Notes under the pieces: generated by a model
What the model was told of the DNA's origin: nothing
Database searches by the model: none
What the model saw: the letters and a program-made list of their open reading frames with translations, nothing else
Shown here: in pieces, positions 43,054 to 53,403 of the stretch
Numbering within the stretch: position 1 is the first letter of the stretch
Layout of the letters: the number at the start of each line of letters is the position of its first letter
Translations under genes and position numbers: made by a program
Source: an uncultured Candidatus Saccharibacteria bacterium
GTDB taxonomy: Bacteria; Patescibacteriota; Minisyncoccia; UBA6257; 2-01-FULL-56-20
Reading direction: 5' to 3'
Assembly: GCA_964361095.1 (NCBI GenBank)
Contig: CAYHZA010000007.1
Location: 3,010 to 67,009, forward strand
DNA: 64,000 nucleotides

Positions 43054-44589
43054 TTAGGGAGTGGTCGTGAATGACTGTTGGCTCGAGAGCGCGGTATTGC
43101 CCGAAGCGTCTTGGGACTCGAGAACGAAGAAATACGTACTTAAAGCGGTAAGACCGCTTAATCCCAATGAGTGGCCCGTAACAAGCGTGGCGTTCAATGT
43201 CGTGCTTGCTGTTCCGAGATTCACCGGATTTACGAGTCCGTAATACATTTTGCTCGTCGCGAGTTCATCGGTTGTCCAATTGATCGTTGCCGAAGTGGAA
43301 CTGACGTTTGCGAGCGTGATCCCGCTCATGACCGGAGAAGTTGTATCCGGCAAAGCGGTAGTGGTGAGAGTTTGATCCGTCGATATTCCCATGTTTCCCG
43401 TGGCGTCTTTTGATTTAACGCGGAAGTGGTACGTGGTGCTCGGCATAAGGCCGGTCAGTGCTTGCGAATGGCTTGTCACGAGCGTGATATTCAGCGTTGT
43501 GGCAAGTCCATAGGCGGTTGACGTGCCGTACTCGATTTGCGTATCAGCCGTTTCGTCGGTTATCCAGCTTACGAGAGCCGATGTCGAGCTGGTATTCGTA
43601 ACCGTAATACTCGAGATAACAGGAGCGGTTGTGTCTGAAATATTGCCGGTTGTGAGGGCTTGATTCGTTGATACGGCAAGATTTCCCGCCGCATCCCGCG
43701 ATCTCACTTGGAAGTGATATGTTGTGTTGGACATAAGGCCGGTAAGTGTTTGGGTGTGGTTTGTTACGAGGGCCGAATTCAACACGGTGCTTAATCCGTA
43801 GGCGGTGCTTGTGCCGTAACTTATTGTGGTATCGGCCGCTTCATTCGTAACCCAGCTTACGATTGCTGAAGTTGTCGCAACTTGAGTTGTAATGCTCGAG
43901 ATAACAGGAGCGGTTGTGTCCGGCGTAGTCGTTGCATGATCGATTTTTTTATCGATGCCGGGCGGAAGAATTTGGCAGATCGGCACGATAGGACGCTCGC
44001 CGCCATGTTTACGGAGCCAACCTGGTGCGATGAGATGTCCGGGTGGTACGATGGCGCACGGCCTCCGGTCATTATCATCGTCGTCATCTTTTTCTTTAGA
44101 TTTGCGATTCTTCACACTGCCGTCTTCGTTAAGACGAATTGGTTTTTCAAAAGCGAGCGGATGTCTTTCGCCCTCTTTATTAAGGAGCACGAGTGTTTTG
44201 GGACCGACATTACCGACTGTTTCAAGGCCATTCCGCTTCTGAAAACGGATTACGGCTTTTGCCGTCGCTTTTCCGTAGAAACCGGTAATGAGGCCTTCCG
44301 GATAAAGTTCCGAATCGGCGGCAAGTATCGCCTGAAGGGTTTTCACGGCGTCGCCGCGATCTCCTTGTTTTAAAGTTTTAAGGAAACTTGAAACGGTACT
44401 TTGGCGTTCTACGACTACCTTATTTAATTGCGCTTGTAAGGCTTGAATCTGTTCCGTCAGTTTTTTTATGGTTTCAAGTTGAGTTTGAATGCTTGTGGTT
44501 CCGGCTGTTTGCGCGCCCGTGTTGAACGGCATCGTAAACACTCCGAGAACGAGCATTCCCATTATGAATGCCGGTAAAAATTTTTTCAT
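43054..44589 (-). CDS. secreted protein: signal peptide, coiled coil, peptidoglycan-binding domain, three tandem Fn3-like repeats
   Basis: GDRGDAVKTLQAILAA...YGKATAKAVIRFQKRNGL (PG_binding_1-like); three roughly 90-aa repeats ...SSIT..N.SSTSA...W.TDE.A.T...YG.STAYGL... Confidence 0.65.
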   Translation of the reverse strand: MKKFLPAFIMGMLVLGVFTMPFNTGAQTAGTTSIQTQLETIKKLTEQIQALQAQLNKVVVERQSTVSSFLKTLKQGDRGDAVKTLQAILAADSELYPEGLITGFYGKATAKAVIRFQKRNGLETVGNVGPKTLVLLNKEGERHPLAFEKPIRLNEDGSVKNRKSKEKDDDDDNDRRPCAIVPPGHLIAPGWLRKHGGERPIVPICQILPPGIDKKIDHATTTPDTTAPVISSITTQVATTSAIVSWVTNEAADTTISYGTSTAYGLSTVLNSALVTNHTQTLTGLMSNTTYHFQVRSRDAAGNLAVSTNQALTTGNISDTTAPVISSITVTNTSSTSALVSWITDETADTQIEYGTSTAYGLATTLNITLVTSHSQALTGLMPSTTYHFRVKSKDATGNMGISTDQTLTTTALPDTTSPVMSGITLANVSSTSATINWTTDELATSKMYYGLVNPVNLGTASTTLNATLVTGHSLGLSGLTALSTYFFVLESQDASGNTALSSQQSFTTTP

Positions 44590-44812
44590 ATGTAGTATTT
44601 ATTTTTTGACCTTTTTGTTTTTATCTGTTAATTGTTTGCAGGGTATTAAAGACCCAACCGACCTTTGTCTGTGATATATACGCTATTCACGGGGGTATTG
44701 TTACGTCACTTTTTCACCCCGCCTCCATAAGGGACCTTTCATAGTATAATGCAAGATATTGAATATAGAAAACTCGGCTTCTGTGGGACCGCTTTCCCCT
44801 CATAGGGTTGAC

Positions 44813-44847
44813 CCCGTTTAGAGACAACGCCTCTAACGGGGTTGACA
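44813..44847 (+). promoter_or_regulatory. palindromic element CCCCGTTTAGAG-N7-CTCTAACGGGG abutting TTGACA, upstream of the ECF sigma gene
   Basis: TTGAC flanks both arms; TTGACA at 44842-44847; no matching -10 found at N16-19. Confidence 0.5.
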
Positions 44848-44899
44848 ATTTCCCAAAAAAACAAGATTGTAACATAAGAAATAATTTCGCGTATACACT

Positions 44900-45472
44900 A
44901 TGAGTACGTACTTTTCGGAACATAATAGGTTAAATCGGCTCGCAAAGCGCATGCAAAAAGGCGATCGGCGGGCCGCGGAGGCTCTCTATGAGGAGCTTTT
45001 CGGGAAAGTATACGGTTTTTGCTTGAGCCGTGTTCGTCGGCGCCCCTTGGCCGAAGATCTGACGCAAGAGATTTTTTTAAAGCTCGTAAACCGCGTTGAA
45101 ACGTTTGACAGCGCAAAGGGGAGTTTCGCCGTTTGGTTTTGGCAATTGGCGCGTAATACGGTTTTTGACCACTATCGGAAGCAGAAAGAGGTATCTTTTT
45201 CGGACGTGGGCGACGGAGAGGAAAGCGATGTGGAGCATCTTTCGGTACACAATCCTTGGCCCGCGTTTGAAGCTCGTTTTGAAAACGATCGGCTGCGCGC
45301 GTTCCTTGGAGATTTACAAGGGGATGAACAAGAACTTTTCCGTCTCCGTTTCGTCGCTGATTTGTCCTACCGTGAAATTGCCGTTCTTCTTGAAAGATCC
45401 GAGCCGTCGTTGCGAGTCGCGGTAAGTCGTCTCAAGCGGAAGATAAAAGAAAATTTTCAACATGAGATTTAA
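44900..45472 (+). CDS. RNA polymerase sigma factor, ECF (sigma-70 group 4) family
   Basis: Region 2 (LTQEIFLKLVNRVETFD...FAVWFWQLARNTVFDHYRK) and region 4 (REIAVLLERSEPSLRVAVSRLKRKI). Confidence 0.8.
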   Translation: MSTYFSEHNRLNRLAKRMQKGDRRAAEALYEELFGKVYGFCLSRVRRRPLAEDLTQEIFLKLVNRVETFDSAKGSFAVWFWQLARNTVFDHYRKQKEVSFSDVGDGEESDVEHLSVHNPWPAFEARFENDRLRAFLGDLQGDEQELFRLRFVADLSYREIAVLLERSEPSLRVAVSRLKRKIKENFQHEI

Positions 45473-46394
45473 AAAACTTTTAAAACCCCACCCTGATTTT
45501 GCCGCTCGCATGAAAGCGGTTTATTTGGAAACGTTTAAGGAAAAATTTCCCGAAGCGCGCGTGGCTACGCGAGGGGCGTTCATCTATATTTTTCGCGGGG
45601 CGATGGGTGGCGTTGCGCTCATGGTTATCTTAATCGGTACATCGGTATACGCTGACCAGCAGAACGTTGGGCCCTCGAACCCCTTGTATGTTTTTAAGCG
45701 CTCGCAAGAAGCGGTCAATTTGTTTTTTGTGAGCGATGGGGAAAAACCATCCCTTCATCTGAAGCTTGCGGAGCGGCGACTCGAAGAACTTGATGAGGTT
45801 ACGCGCGAAAATCCCAAAAGTTCGAAAGTTTCGGATTTAACAAAAGATTTTCGCGAAGAGATTAAAAATTCCATTACCACATTTACGAAAGATGATCGTC
45901 CCGTCAGTGCTTTGGAACAAAAAGGAGAGCGTGACGCTCGCGATGCTTCCGAAAAGAAAGAAAATATAGAGAAGGAAAAGCAATCGGGAAAAACAGATAG
46001 TGTGAAAGAAAAGCCCCGTGTTGATCTCCTTAAGTCAAAAGATCGGACAATGCTTTCGCCGGCTATTCCGATTCAGGGCAATGTTTCTTCGAGCGGAATT
46101 ATGTTACCTCAACAAAACAATAAAGAGGTGGAGCATGATGGAGATACTAAAGAAGATAGGCGTGACGTGACTTCTACTCCTGTAAAAGGATTTTCGGCGC
46201 CATCTGTTCAATCTTTCAAAACAGAAGGAGAAGCGGAAGATATTACAAAGGAACACAACATTGCGCGTTTCTGTGAGTCATGGGTTCATTTGACCGGAAA
46301 CAATGCGGATGTGATGCGGGAAATTATCGATGAAAATCCTGAATTTTTAGTTACCTTGAAACAAAAGTGTCCGAATATCGGGAATGGTGATTGA
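45462..46394 (+). CDS. putative anti-sigma factor or membrane protein, co-transcribed with the ECF sigma
   Basis: Overlaps the sigma gene by 11 nt; single TM near residue 50; charged extracytoplasmic region. Confidence 0.35.
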   Translation: MRFKKLLKPHPDFAARMKAVYLETFKEKFPEARVATRGAFIYIFRGAMGGVALMVILIGTSVYADQQNVGPSNPLYVFKRSQEAVNLFFVSDGEKPSLHLKLAERRLEELDEVTRENPKSSKVSDLTKDFREEIKNSITTFTKDDRPVSALEQKGERDARDASEKKENIEKEKQSGKTDSVKEKPRVDLLKSKDRTMLSPAIPIQGNVSSSGIMLPQQNNKEVEHDGDTKEDRRDVTSTPVKGFSAPSVQSFKTEGEAEDITKEHNIARFCESWVHLTGNNADVMREIIDENPEFLVTLKQKCPNIGNGD

Positions 46395-46605
46395 AGTAAG
46401 AGTTTCTCCAGGCACGAAGCGTTCTTTGGTTACCAAGGAACTCGACGGCAGTTATCGGGTGCGAGTTGACGTGCGCGCGGAAGGCGGTAAGGCGAATGAT
46501 CGGCTGATTGAATTATTGGCGGAACATTTCGGTGTTTCGAAGAGTTGTGTTGCCATACTTCATGGCGTCAGATCAAAGAGCAAAAAAGTCGAGATTCTGA
46601 TATAA
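46384..46605 (+). CDS. DUF167 (YggU/UPF0235) family protein
   Basis: VIEVRVSPGTKRS...YRVRVDVRAEGGKANDRLIELLAEHFGV...VAILHGVRSKSKKVEI matches DUF167 throughout. Confidence 0.7.
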   Translation: MVIEVRVSPGTKRSLVTKELDGSYRVRVDVRAEGGKANDRLIELLAEHFGVSKSCVAILHGVRSKSKKVEILI

Positions 46606-46612
46606 TATCCCT

Positions 46613-46813
46613 ATGGCAATGGATATCGAAAAAGAACTCGCGGAACAGAAAGAGCTTCTTGGGAATATATATAGATCAGTCGAAAAAACGAGGAAGTATT
46701 TTATGTGGACGCTTATTGTTACGGTAGTCGTTTTCGTGCTTCCCTTGATTGGGCTTGTTTTTGTTATTCCTTTTTTTCTGAAATCTTTTTCTGCTTTGTA
46801 TAAAGGTTTTTAA
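46613..46813 (+). CDS. small membrane protein
   Basis: 66 aa, one or two TM helices. Confidence 0.35.
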   Translation: MAMDIEKELAEQKELLGNIYRSVEKTRKYFMWTLIVTVVVFVLPLIGLVFVIPFFLKSFSALYKGF

Positions 46814-46833
46814 CGTATAGCATCAATTGTCCT

Positions 46834-48012
46834 ATGTTTATTAAGCTTTCAATTGCGGGAGGTATTATTATTGTACTGGGAATGACCGCGCTCGCGTTTG
46901 GAGGAGCTCTGCCTTTTTCTCGCACGTTATTTCTTGAAGAACAGAAGGAAGCCCGATCGATTCAAGATATTGCGAATCGCGCGCTTGTCGTGCAACGGGA
47001 AGAGCTTTCAATAGAGGAGAGTTCAAAAAACACCACCGCGAAAATTCAGAGCGATGTATCATTAAAAAATAAGAAAGAAATTTGCACCGGCGCCGATCTG
47101 CAAAATTTTGACTGTTACGAAGCATACTATAAAAATCTTGTCCAAAAGAATGGAGTAAAAGAAGCATTTGTCGACTTGCGGAGTCGTTATGGAGAAAGCG
47201 CGTATGTGAAATCCCAGTGTCATCCGATCACGCACGTAATCGGCCGCGTGGCGGCGGAGGAATCGCCTGATGTCGCGTCGGCATACGCCAAGGGGGATAG
47301 TTTTTGTTGGTCGGGATATTATCATGGCGTCATGGAGGGAATTATCGGAAAGATCGGCAGAGAAACTTTAACGGCGCAGATGAACGGAATTTGTAAAGTA
47401 TTGCGTGACAAAGAACCATATATTTTTGATCACTACAACTGCGTGCATGGTTTAGGGCATGGGGTTATGGCAATTACGAATGATGAACTTTTTGACTCTT
47501 TAAAATACTGCGAGAACCTAACCGATTCATGGGAGCGCTCATCGTGCGCTGGAGGGGTCTTTATGGAAAACATTATTATTGACGGGAAGAATCATACGAC
47601 AAAATATCTGAAGCTTTCCGAACCTCTGTATCCTTGTACGGCGGTTTCGGAGGAACATAAAACTTCCTGTTATCTGATGCAGACTTCATATATCCTAAAA
47701 GCTGTTGGGTATAATTTTGGAAAAGTTTTCGAGTGGTGCGGCAAGGCAGATAGTAACTATATTGATATTTGTTATCAAAGCTTGGGTCGGGACGCGTCCG
47801 GGCAGAGTATCAGCAATGTTGAGAAAACCAAAACCACATGTATGTTGGGCAAAGACGAACGACAACAATCCAACTGTGTTATCGGCGCGGTGAAGGATTT
47901 TGTGTCATATTTCCATTCGGACAAACAGGCGAGAGAGTTGTGTGCCGCGCTTCCCGAGAATCTAGAGCCCGTGTGTATATCGACAACAGTGTCATACTAC
48001 GAAATTTTTTAA
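46834..48012 (+). CDS. hypothetical Cys-rich secreted or membrane-anchored protein
   Basis: N-terminal TM, then about 20 Cys spread over 390 aa. Confidence 0.45.
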   Translation: MFIKLSIAGGIIIVLGMTALAFGGALPFSRTLFLEEQKEARSIQDIANRALVVQREELSIEESSKNTTAKIQSDVSLKNKKEICTGADLQNFDCYEAYYKNLVQKNGVKEAFVDLRSRYGESAYVKSQCHPITHVIGRVAAEESPDVASAYAKGDSFCWSGYYHGVMEGIIGKIGRETLTAQMNGICKVLRDKEPYIFDHYNCVHGLGHGVMAITNDELFDSLKYCENLTDSWERSSCAGGVFMENIIIDGKNHTTKYLKLSEPLYPCTAVSEEHKTSCYLMQTSYILKAVGYNFGKVFEWCGKADSNYIDICYQSLGRDASGQSISNVEKTKTTCMLGKDERQQSNCVIGAVKDFVSYFHSDKQARELCAALPENLEPVCISTTVSYYEIF

Positions 48013-48084
48013 TTGATTTTTACGTTGCCTGATATTATACTTAGCTTCAGCAACGCCTCACCCGAGACTTCATAAGGAGGAGGT

Positions 48085-48402
48085 ATGTCTCAGAATCTAA
48101 CATTTGGCTCTTTGTCCGCACCTGTTCAACGCGCATTTTCCCTGCTCGCCCGAAAACCGATATTGTTTCCTTGCGTGGCGCTTGTTCCGACAACGCCAGA
48201 TGGATCCTCTCAAGTTGGAACTGGACTCAGGGAATACTACAAGTGGCGCAGTCTTTCTAGGTGGCAGCGTTTTTCCCACTGGAGATACGGGTGGGATGCC
48301 GAGACGTACGACGCGTTCACCAACTGGTGGTCCTCCGGCAGAGTTTGCCCGGATCCCGAACGACAGGCACTCCTCGCGAGCTATCTTTCTCGCGTGGTAT
48401 AG
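48085..48402 (+). CDS. hypothetical Trp-rich small protein on a GC-rich, SD-led island
   Basis: AGGAGGAGG then ATG; GC-rich; perfect terminator 48412-48448. Confidence 0.45.
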   Translation: MSQNLTFGSLSAPVQRAFSLLARKPILFPCVALVPTTPDGSSQVGTGLREYYKWRSLSRWQRFSHWRYGWDAETYDAFTNWWSSGRVCPDPERQALLASYLSRVV

Positions 48403-48411
48403 GTCCACCCC

Positions 48412-48448
48412 CTCATGGGCATTTCTACGGAGATGCCCATTTTTTGAC
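48412..48448 (+). terminator. intrinsic terminator
   Basis: atgggcatttctacggagatgcccat + TTTTTTG. Confidence 0.8.
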
Positions 48449-48521
48449 TTTTTTTCTTTCGGAACTTAGACTTGTCGTATAACCTCTTATGTCCTTGGGA
48501 CGAGGGGAGATTGTATTATTT

Positions 48522-48566
48522 ATGTTCAAACTCGTTTCAAAATTCAAGCCAGACGGCGACCCCGCA
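48522..48566 (+). pseudogene. diverged fragment of the uvrB 5' end (MFKLVSKFKPDGDP), 90 nt upstream of the intact uvrB
   Basis: 12 of 14 residues match uvrB residues 6-19 (FKLVSKFRPSGDQ) but with GC-rich synonymous codons; loses similarity after GDP. Confidence 0.4.
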
Positions 48567-48635
48567 ACAAACCGAGCGTTTTGTTTTGCACGCTTCCGTA
48601 TGGAACGGATACCTACCGCTCGGTTAGTGACGGGG
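48560..48635. repeat. split palindromic element CCCCGCAACAAACCGAG ... CTCGGTTAGTGACGGGG with an internal hairpin
   Basis: 14 of 17 reverse-complement match; 42-nt spacer containing ttccgt-atgg-aacgga. Confidence 0.45.
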
Positions 48636-48654
48636 CAAGCCAGCCTACATAACA

Positions 48655-50649
48655 ATGTATAGTGCTAATTTTAAGTTGGTTTCTAAATTTAGACCGTCTG
48701 GAGATCAACCGAAGGCAATCGAACAGCTGACCGAAGGTCTTAGAAAGGGTTACCGCCATCAGACGCTTTTGGGCGTAACGGGAAGCGGGAAGACATTTAC
48801 TGTCGCGAACGTGATTGAGAAAATTCAAAAGCCGACGCTCGTGATCGCCCACAATAAAACGCTTGCCGCCCAGCTTTGCAACGAGTTTCGGGAACTCTTT
48901 CCCGAAAATTCGGTGAATTATTTCGTTTCTTATTACGATTATTACCAGCCGGAGGCGTATATGCCGACGACCGATACGTATATTGGCAAGGAGGCGATGA
49001 TTAACGACGAGATCGATAAATTGCGCCACGCGGCAACGGCGGCGCTTTTAACTCGTAAAGACGTGATTGTTGTCGCGTCAGTTTCCTGTATTTACGGCCT
49101 TGGCGCACCCGAGGTATACGCGGAAAATATAATCCATTTCAAACGAGGCGGCACCTTGGATCGCAGAAAGTTGATGCGCAAACTTGTCGAACTTCAGTTC
49201 CATCGCACGAACGCGGATTTAAAACGTGGAACATTTCGGCTTCGAGGCGATAAATGGGAAATTATGCCGCCGGATCGAGAAATTATTTATGACATTGAAG
49301 TAAAAAACGGAATCATCGAGGAGATTTATGAAGTAGACCCCGTGATCGGTTTTCGGTCCGGGATGACGCCGCAAAAGGATGAATTTTATGTTGCGCCGGC
49401 AAAACATTTTATTACACCGCCCCTTGAGCGTGAGTGGGCGATCAAAGCGATTCAAGAGGAATTAAAAGAGCGGTTGAATTTCTTTGAGCGCACGGGCAAG
49501 CTTTTGGAAGCCGAACGATTGGAGCGGCGGACCAAGTATGATCTCGCGATGATACGGGAAGTAGGATATTGCCATGGTATCGAGAATTACTCCCGGCATC
49601 TTTCGGGTCGCGCCGTGGGCGAGCCGCCCGAGACGCTTCTCGATTATTTCAAGGAAGATTTTCTTACCGTAATCGACGAATCGCATGTTACCGTCTCCCA
49701 ACTTGGGGGAATGTATGAAGGAGACGCTTCTCGCAAAAGAACGCTTATCGAATACGGTTTCCGTTTACCGTCCGCGGCGGATAACCGCCCCCTCAGATCC
49801 TCCGAGTTCGAGAAGCGGATCGGGCAAACGATTTATACCTCCGCGACACCCAGCTCTTATGAGCGTGAAAAGAGTGAGCGGATTGTCGAGCAAATTGTCC
49901 GACCGACGGGATTGATTGATCCGAAGATTACCATCCGTCCCGCCCGCGGCCAGGTTGATGATCTTATTCCTCGGATCGAGGAGCGTGTGGCAAGGAAAGA
50001 ACGGGTGCTTGTTACGACGCTTACGAAAAAAATGGCGGAAGATTTAAGTGCTTATCTGGAAGAAAAAAAGATGAAGGTGAATTATCTGCACAGCGACGTA
50101 AAAACATTGGATAGGATTCGGATTTTGACGGACTTACGAAAAGGAAAATATGATATATTGGTCGGCGTGAATCTTTTGCGTGAAGGTTTAGATTTGCCCG
50201 AAGTTTCGCTCGTCGCGATCTTGGATGCGGATAAAGAAGGGTTTTTGCGGAGCGAGACGTCCCTTATCCAGACAATCGGCCGAGCGGCGCGAAATGTCGG
50301 AGGTGAAGTGTTGATGTATGCCGACAAAATTACCGGTTCGGTGGAACGTGCCGTGTATGAGACCGAACGTCGCCGCGAAGTTCAACTTGCGTATAACAAA
50401 AAACATGGCATAACTCCCACGACAATCGAGAAGGCGATCAAGGATATTTTACCCGATGTGGAAGCAGTCTTGAATTTAGAGATGAAACCTTTGCCGAAGT
50501 CGCGCAAGGCAATGGACGAATTGATCCGCCAAAAAGAAAAAGAAATGAGAGACGCCGCGAATAATTTGGATTTCGAACTCGCGGCAATATTACGGGATGA
50601 GATCAGGGCATTGGCAAAAAAAGCGAATGTAAAACATAAGAAAGGATAA
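48655..50649 (+). CDS. uvrB: excinuclease ABC subunit B
   Basis: GVTGSGKTFT Walker A, beta-hairpin region, C-terminal UVR domain (ANNLDFELAAILRDEI). Confidence 0.9.
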   Translation: MYSANFKLVSKFRPSGDQPKAIEQLTEGLRKGYRHQTLLGVTGSGKTFTVANVIEKIQKPTLVIAHNKTLAAQLCNEFRELFPENSVNYFVSYYDYYQPEAYMPTTDTYIGKEAMINDEIDKLRHAATAALLTRKDVIVVASVSCIYGLGAPEVYAENIIHFKRGGTLDRRKLMRKLVELQFHRTNADLKRGTFRLRGDKWEIMPPDREIIYDIEVKNGIIEEIYEVDPVIGFRSGMTPQKDEFYVAPAKHFITPPLEREWAIKAIQEELKERLNFFERTGKLLEAERLERRTKYDLAMIREVGYCHGIENYSRHLSGRAVGEPPETLLDYFKEDFLTVIDESHVTVSQLGGMYEGDASRKRTLIEYGFRLPSAADNRPLRSSEFEKRIGQTIYTSATPSSYEREKSERIVEQIVRPTGLIDPKITIRPARGQVDDLIPRIEERVARKERVLVTTLTKKMAEDLSAYLEEKKMKVNYLHSDVKTLDRIRILTDLRKGKYDILVGVNLLREGLDLPEVSLVAILDADKEGFLRSETSLIQTIGRAARNVGGEVLMYADKITGSVERAVYETERRREVQLAYNKKHGITPTTIEKAIKDILPDVEAVLNLEMKPLPKSRKAMDELIRQKEKEMRDAANNLDFELAAILRDEIRALAKKANVKHKKG

Positions 50650-50778
50650 AGCGCCTGAAGAAAATTCCAAAGAAGTACGCCTAATTAAAAGAAGCACCCA
50701 TCTTTTCTTTTTTAAAAAATCCCACTATACTTCTGTGGTTACCCCCATACGTCCTTGGAAAGGGGGCGATTTCTATAT

Positions 50779-53340
50779 ATGCACGACAAAATTATCATTA
50801 AGGGTGCTCGTGAACATAACCTAAAAAACATCAACTTAGAGATTCCCCGCGAAAAGATGGTTGTTTTTACGGGGCTTTCGGGTTCAGGGAAATCCAGCTT
50901 GGCGTTCGACACGATTTTTGCCGAAGGCCAGCGCCGCTATATTGAGTCACTTTCCGCTTACGCGCGGCAGTTTTTGGGTCGTTTAGACAAGCCGGATGTG
51001 GATGAAATAGAGGGTCTTTCGCCCGCTATCTCGATCGACCAGAAACACCACTCCGCGAATCCGCGCTCAACGGTCGCGACGATCACCGAAATTTACGACT
51101 ATATGCGCGTGCTCTACGCGCGCGCGGGAAAACCATATTGCCCAAAGTGCGGCAAGGGTATCCAGAAGCTTACGAATGAGGAGATTGTGGATGCGGTTAT
51201 GGACTTCGCAAAATCCATGCGAACCAAAAAAGAGAAAGAAATTACCATCCTCGCTCCCGTGGTGATGGGGCGCAAGGGGGAGTATTACCAGTTGCTGTAT
51301 GATTTTTTGAACGCGGGATTTTCGGAAGCGCGGATTGACGGGAAATTCCACTATCTTCGTGATCGTATTGAATTGAGTCGTTATCAGGCGCATACCATAG
51401 AAATTCTTATCGATCGTATGCCCACCGAATTGCCCGCCAAAGGCCGGTCCGCCTCAGGCGGAGACTTTAAGGAGTATCGTTTACGAATCGCCGAAGCCGT
51501 TGAAAATGCCCTAAAACACGGCCATGACGTCCTTACTGTTTCGGCGGCAAGCCATCACATATCGCTTTCTTCAAAATTCTCCTGTTCCAATGACGGTTTT
51601 TCGTTTCCCGAGATAGAGCCGAGATTATTTTCTTTTAACAGTCCGTACGGTGCCTGCCCCGAATGTCATGGATTGGGAACGGAAAGCGTATGGTCCGAAA
51701 AGCCGTGTCTCGTCTGTCACGGGAAGCGCCTTCGGGAAGAGGCGCTCGGAGTGTTGATTGCGGATAAAAATATAGTGACGGTTACGGCGATGTCGGTTTC
51801 GCATGCTTTTGATTTTTTCTCTAAATTGGAACTTAAAAATTCTTCAGCCAGCGGAAAACGTTTTCACGAAATTGCCGAGACGCCACTTCGGGAGATAAAA
51901 AATCGCTTGAAGTTTATGATGGATGTCGGTTTGGATTACCTGACGCTCGAGCGCAGGGCGGGAACCCTCTCGGGCGGAGAGTCGCAGAGAATACGATTGG
52001 CATCGCAAATCGGTTCTCGGCTTGTGGGGACGCTCTATATTTTAGACGAACCAACTATCGGCTTGCATCAGCGTGATAACGCCAAGCTTATTAAAACTCT
52101 TCACGAACTGCGCGATTTGGGGAATACGATTATCGTCGTTGAACACGACGAAGAAACGATCCGCGAGAGCGATTATTTCGTGGACATCGGTCCGGGCGCG
52201 GGTATTCACGGCGGGAGGATTGTCGCGCAAGGGCCGATCCCCGAAATTTTCAAAGATAAAAAACAAAGATCCGCGACGCTTGATTTTTTGCGGGGAGACA
52301 AGAAAATCGCCGTGCCCAAAGAACGGCGTTCGGTTAAGGATAGACATGATTGCATCAAAATCCGCGGTGCCTCCGAAAACAATTTAAAAAATATCGACGT
52401 GGATATTCCTTTGCGGCGTTTTACGGCGGTAACAGGCGTTTCGGGTTCGGGGAAAAGCTCTCTGGTTTACGATGTGATCTATAAAAATCTTTCAAAGCGT
52501 TTTTTTGGTGTGCCCCAGCAAACCGGCGCAGTGAAATCAATTGCCGGCCTCGAGTACATCAATCGAGTCATTAATATTGACCAGTCGCCGATCGGGCGCA
52601 CGCCACGTTCCAATCCCGCGACATATGTGGGCGCGTGGACATTTATCCGAGATCTTTTTACGGCGACCGAGGAGGCGCGCGTGCGGGGATATAAACCCGG
52701 ACGGTTCAGCTTTAATGTGCCGGGCGGCAGGTGTGAAAATTGCGAGGGGCATGGCGTGATTGAGATTGAAATGCATTTTTTGCCGGCGGTGTACGTGGAG
52801 TGCGATGTTTGCCGCGGCAAGCGTTTCGACCGTGAGACGTTGGAGGTGAAGTATAAAGAAAAGAATATTTACGACGTGCTCCATATGACGGTTGAAGAGG
52901 CTGTGCCGTTTTTTACCGATATTCCATGGCTTTATGATAGGTTGAAAATTTTAGAAGAGGTCGGTTTGGGTTATTTGGAATTGGGGCAGTCGGCGGTAAC
53001 ACTTTCGGGCGGCGAGGCGCAGAGGATTAAACTTTCCGCGGAGCTTGGTAAGCGTGATACGCGCAAAACGTTATATCTACTCGACGAACCGACCACGGGA
53101 CTTCACTTCGCCGACGTCGCACAACTTTTAGGTGTTTTGAATCGCTTGGTGGATCGGGGGAATACCGTAGTTGTCATTGAACATAATTTAGATGTCATCA
53201 AAACCGCCGACTGGGTAATTGACCTAGGACCCGAAGGAGGGGAGAAAGGCGGACAAGTAGTCGCCTCGGGCACGCCCGAAGAGGTATCGCGGAGAAAAGA
53301 AAGCCATACGGCGGAGTACTTGAGAAAGGTGCTGAAATAG
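50779..53340 (+). CDS. uvrA: excinuclease ABC subunit A
   Basis: Two ABC modules ([12 protein letters not shown]; [11 protein letters not shown]), Zn-finger Cys pairs, LSGGE signatures; 853 aa, shorter than E. coli UvrA. Confidence 0.9.
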   Translation: MHDKIIIKGAREHNLKNINLEIPREKMVVFTGLSGSGKSSLAFDTIFAEGQRRYIESLSAYARQFLGRLDKPDVDEIEGLSPAISIDQKHHSANPRSTVATITEIYDYMRVLYARAGKPYCPKCGKGIQKLTNEEIVDAVMDFAKSMRTKKEKEITILAPVVMGRKGEYYQLLYDFLNAGFSEARIDGKFHYLRDRIELSRYQAHTIEILIDRMPTELPAKGRSASGGDFKEYRLRIAEAVENALKHGHDVLTVSAASHHISLSSKFSCSNDGFSFPEIEPRLFSFNSPYGACPECHGLGTESVWSEKPCLVCHGKRLREEALGVLIADKNIVTVTAMSVSHAFDFFSKLELKNSSASGKRFHEIAETPLREIKNRLKFMMDVGLDYLTLERRAGTLSGGESQRIRLASQIGSRLVGTLYILDEPTIGLHQRDNAKLIKTLHELRDLGNTIIVVEHDEETIRESDYFVDIGPGAGIHGGRIVAQGPIPEIFKDKKQRSATLDFLRGDKKIAVPKERRSVKDRHDCIKIRGASENNLKNIDVDIPLRRFTAVTGVSGSGKSSLVYDVIYKNLSKRFFGVPQQTGAVKSIAGLEYINRVINIDQSPIGRTPRSNPATYVGAWTFIRDLFTATEEARVRGYKPGRFSFNVPGGRCENCEGHGVIEIEMHFLPAVYVECDVCRGKRFDRETLEVKYKEKNIYDVLHMTVEEAVPFFTDIPWLYDRLKILEEVGLGYLELGQSAVTLSGGEAQRIKLSAELGKRDTRKTLYLLDEPTTGLHFADVAQLLGVLNRLVDRGNTVVVIEHNLDVIKTADWVIDLGPEGGEKGGQVVASGTPEEVSRRKESHTAEYLRKVLK

Positions 53341-53403
53341 CTGGTTTTTCGATAGTGCTTTATAGAAATGCTATAATAGTGTCATAATCTAATTTTCAAT
53401 TTT

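Noticed and set aside
44842-44900. Calling TTGACA at 44842 the -35 of a sigma-70 promoter for the ECF sigma gene
   Set aside because: No acceptable -10 hexamer lies 16-19 nt downstream. The element is reported, but the promoter assignment is left open.
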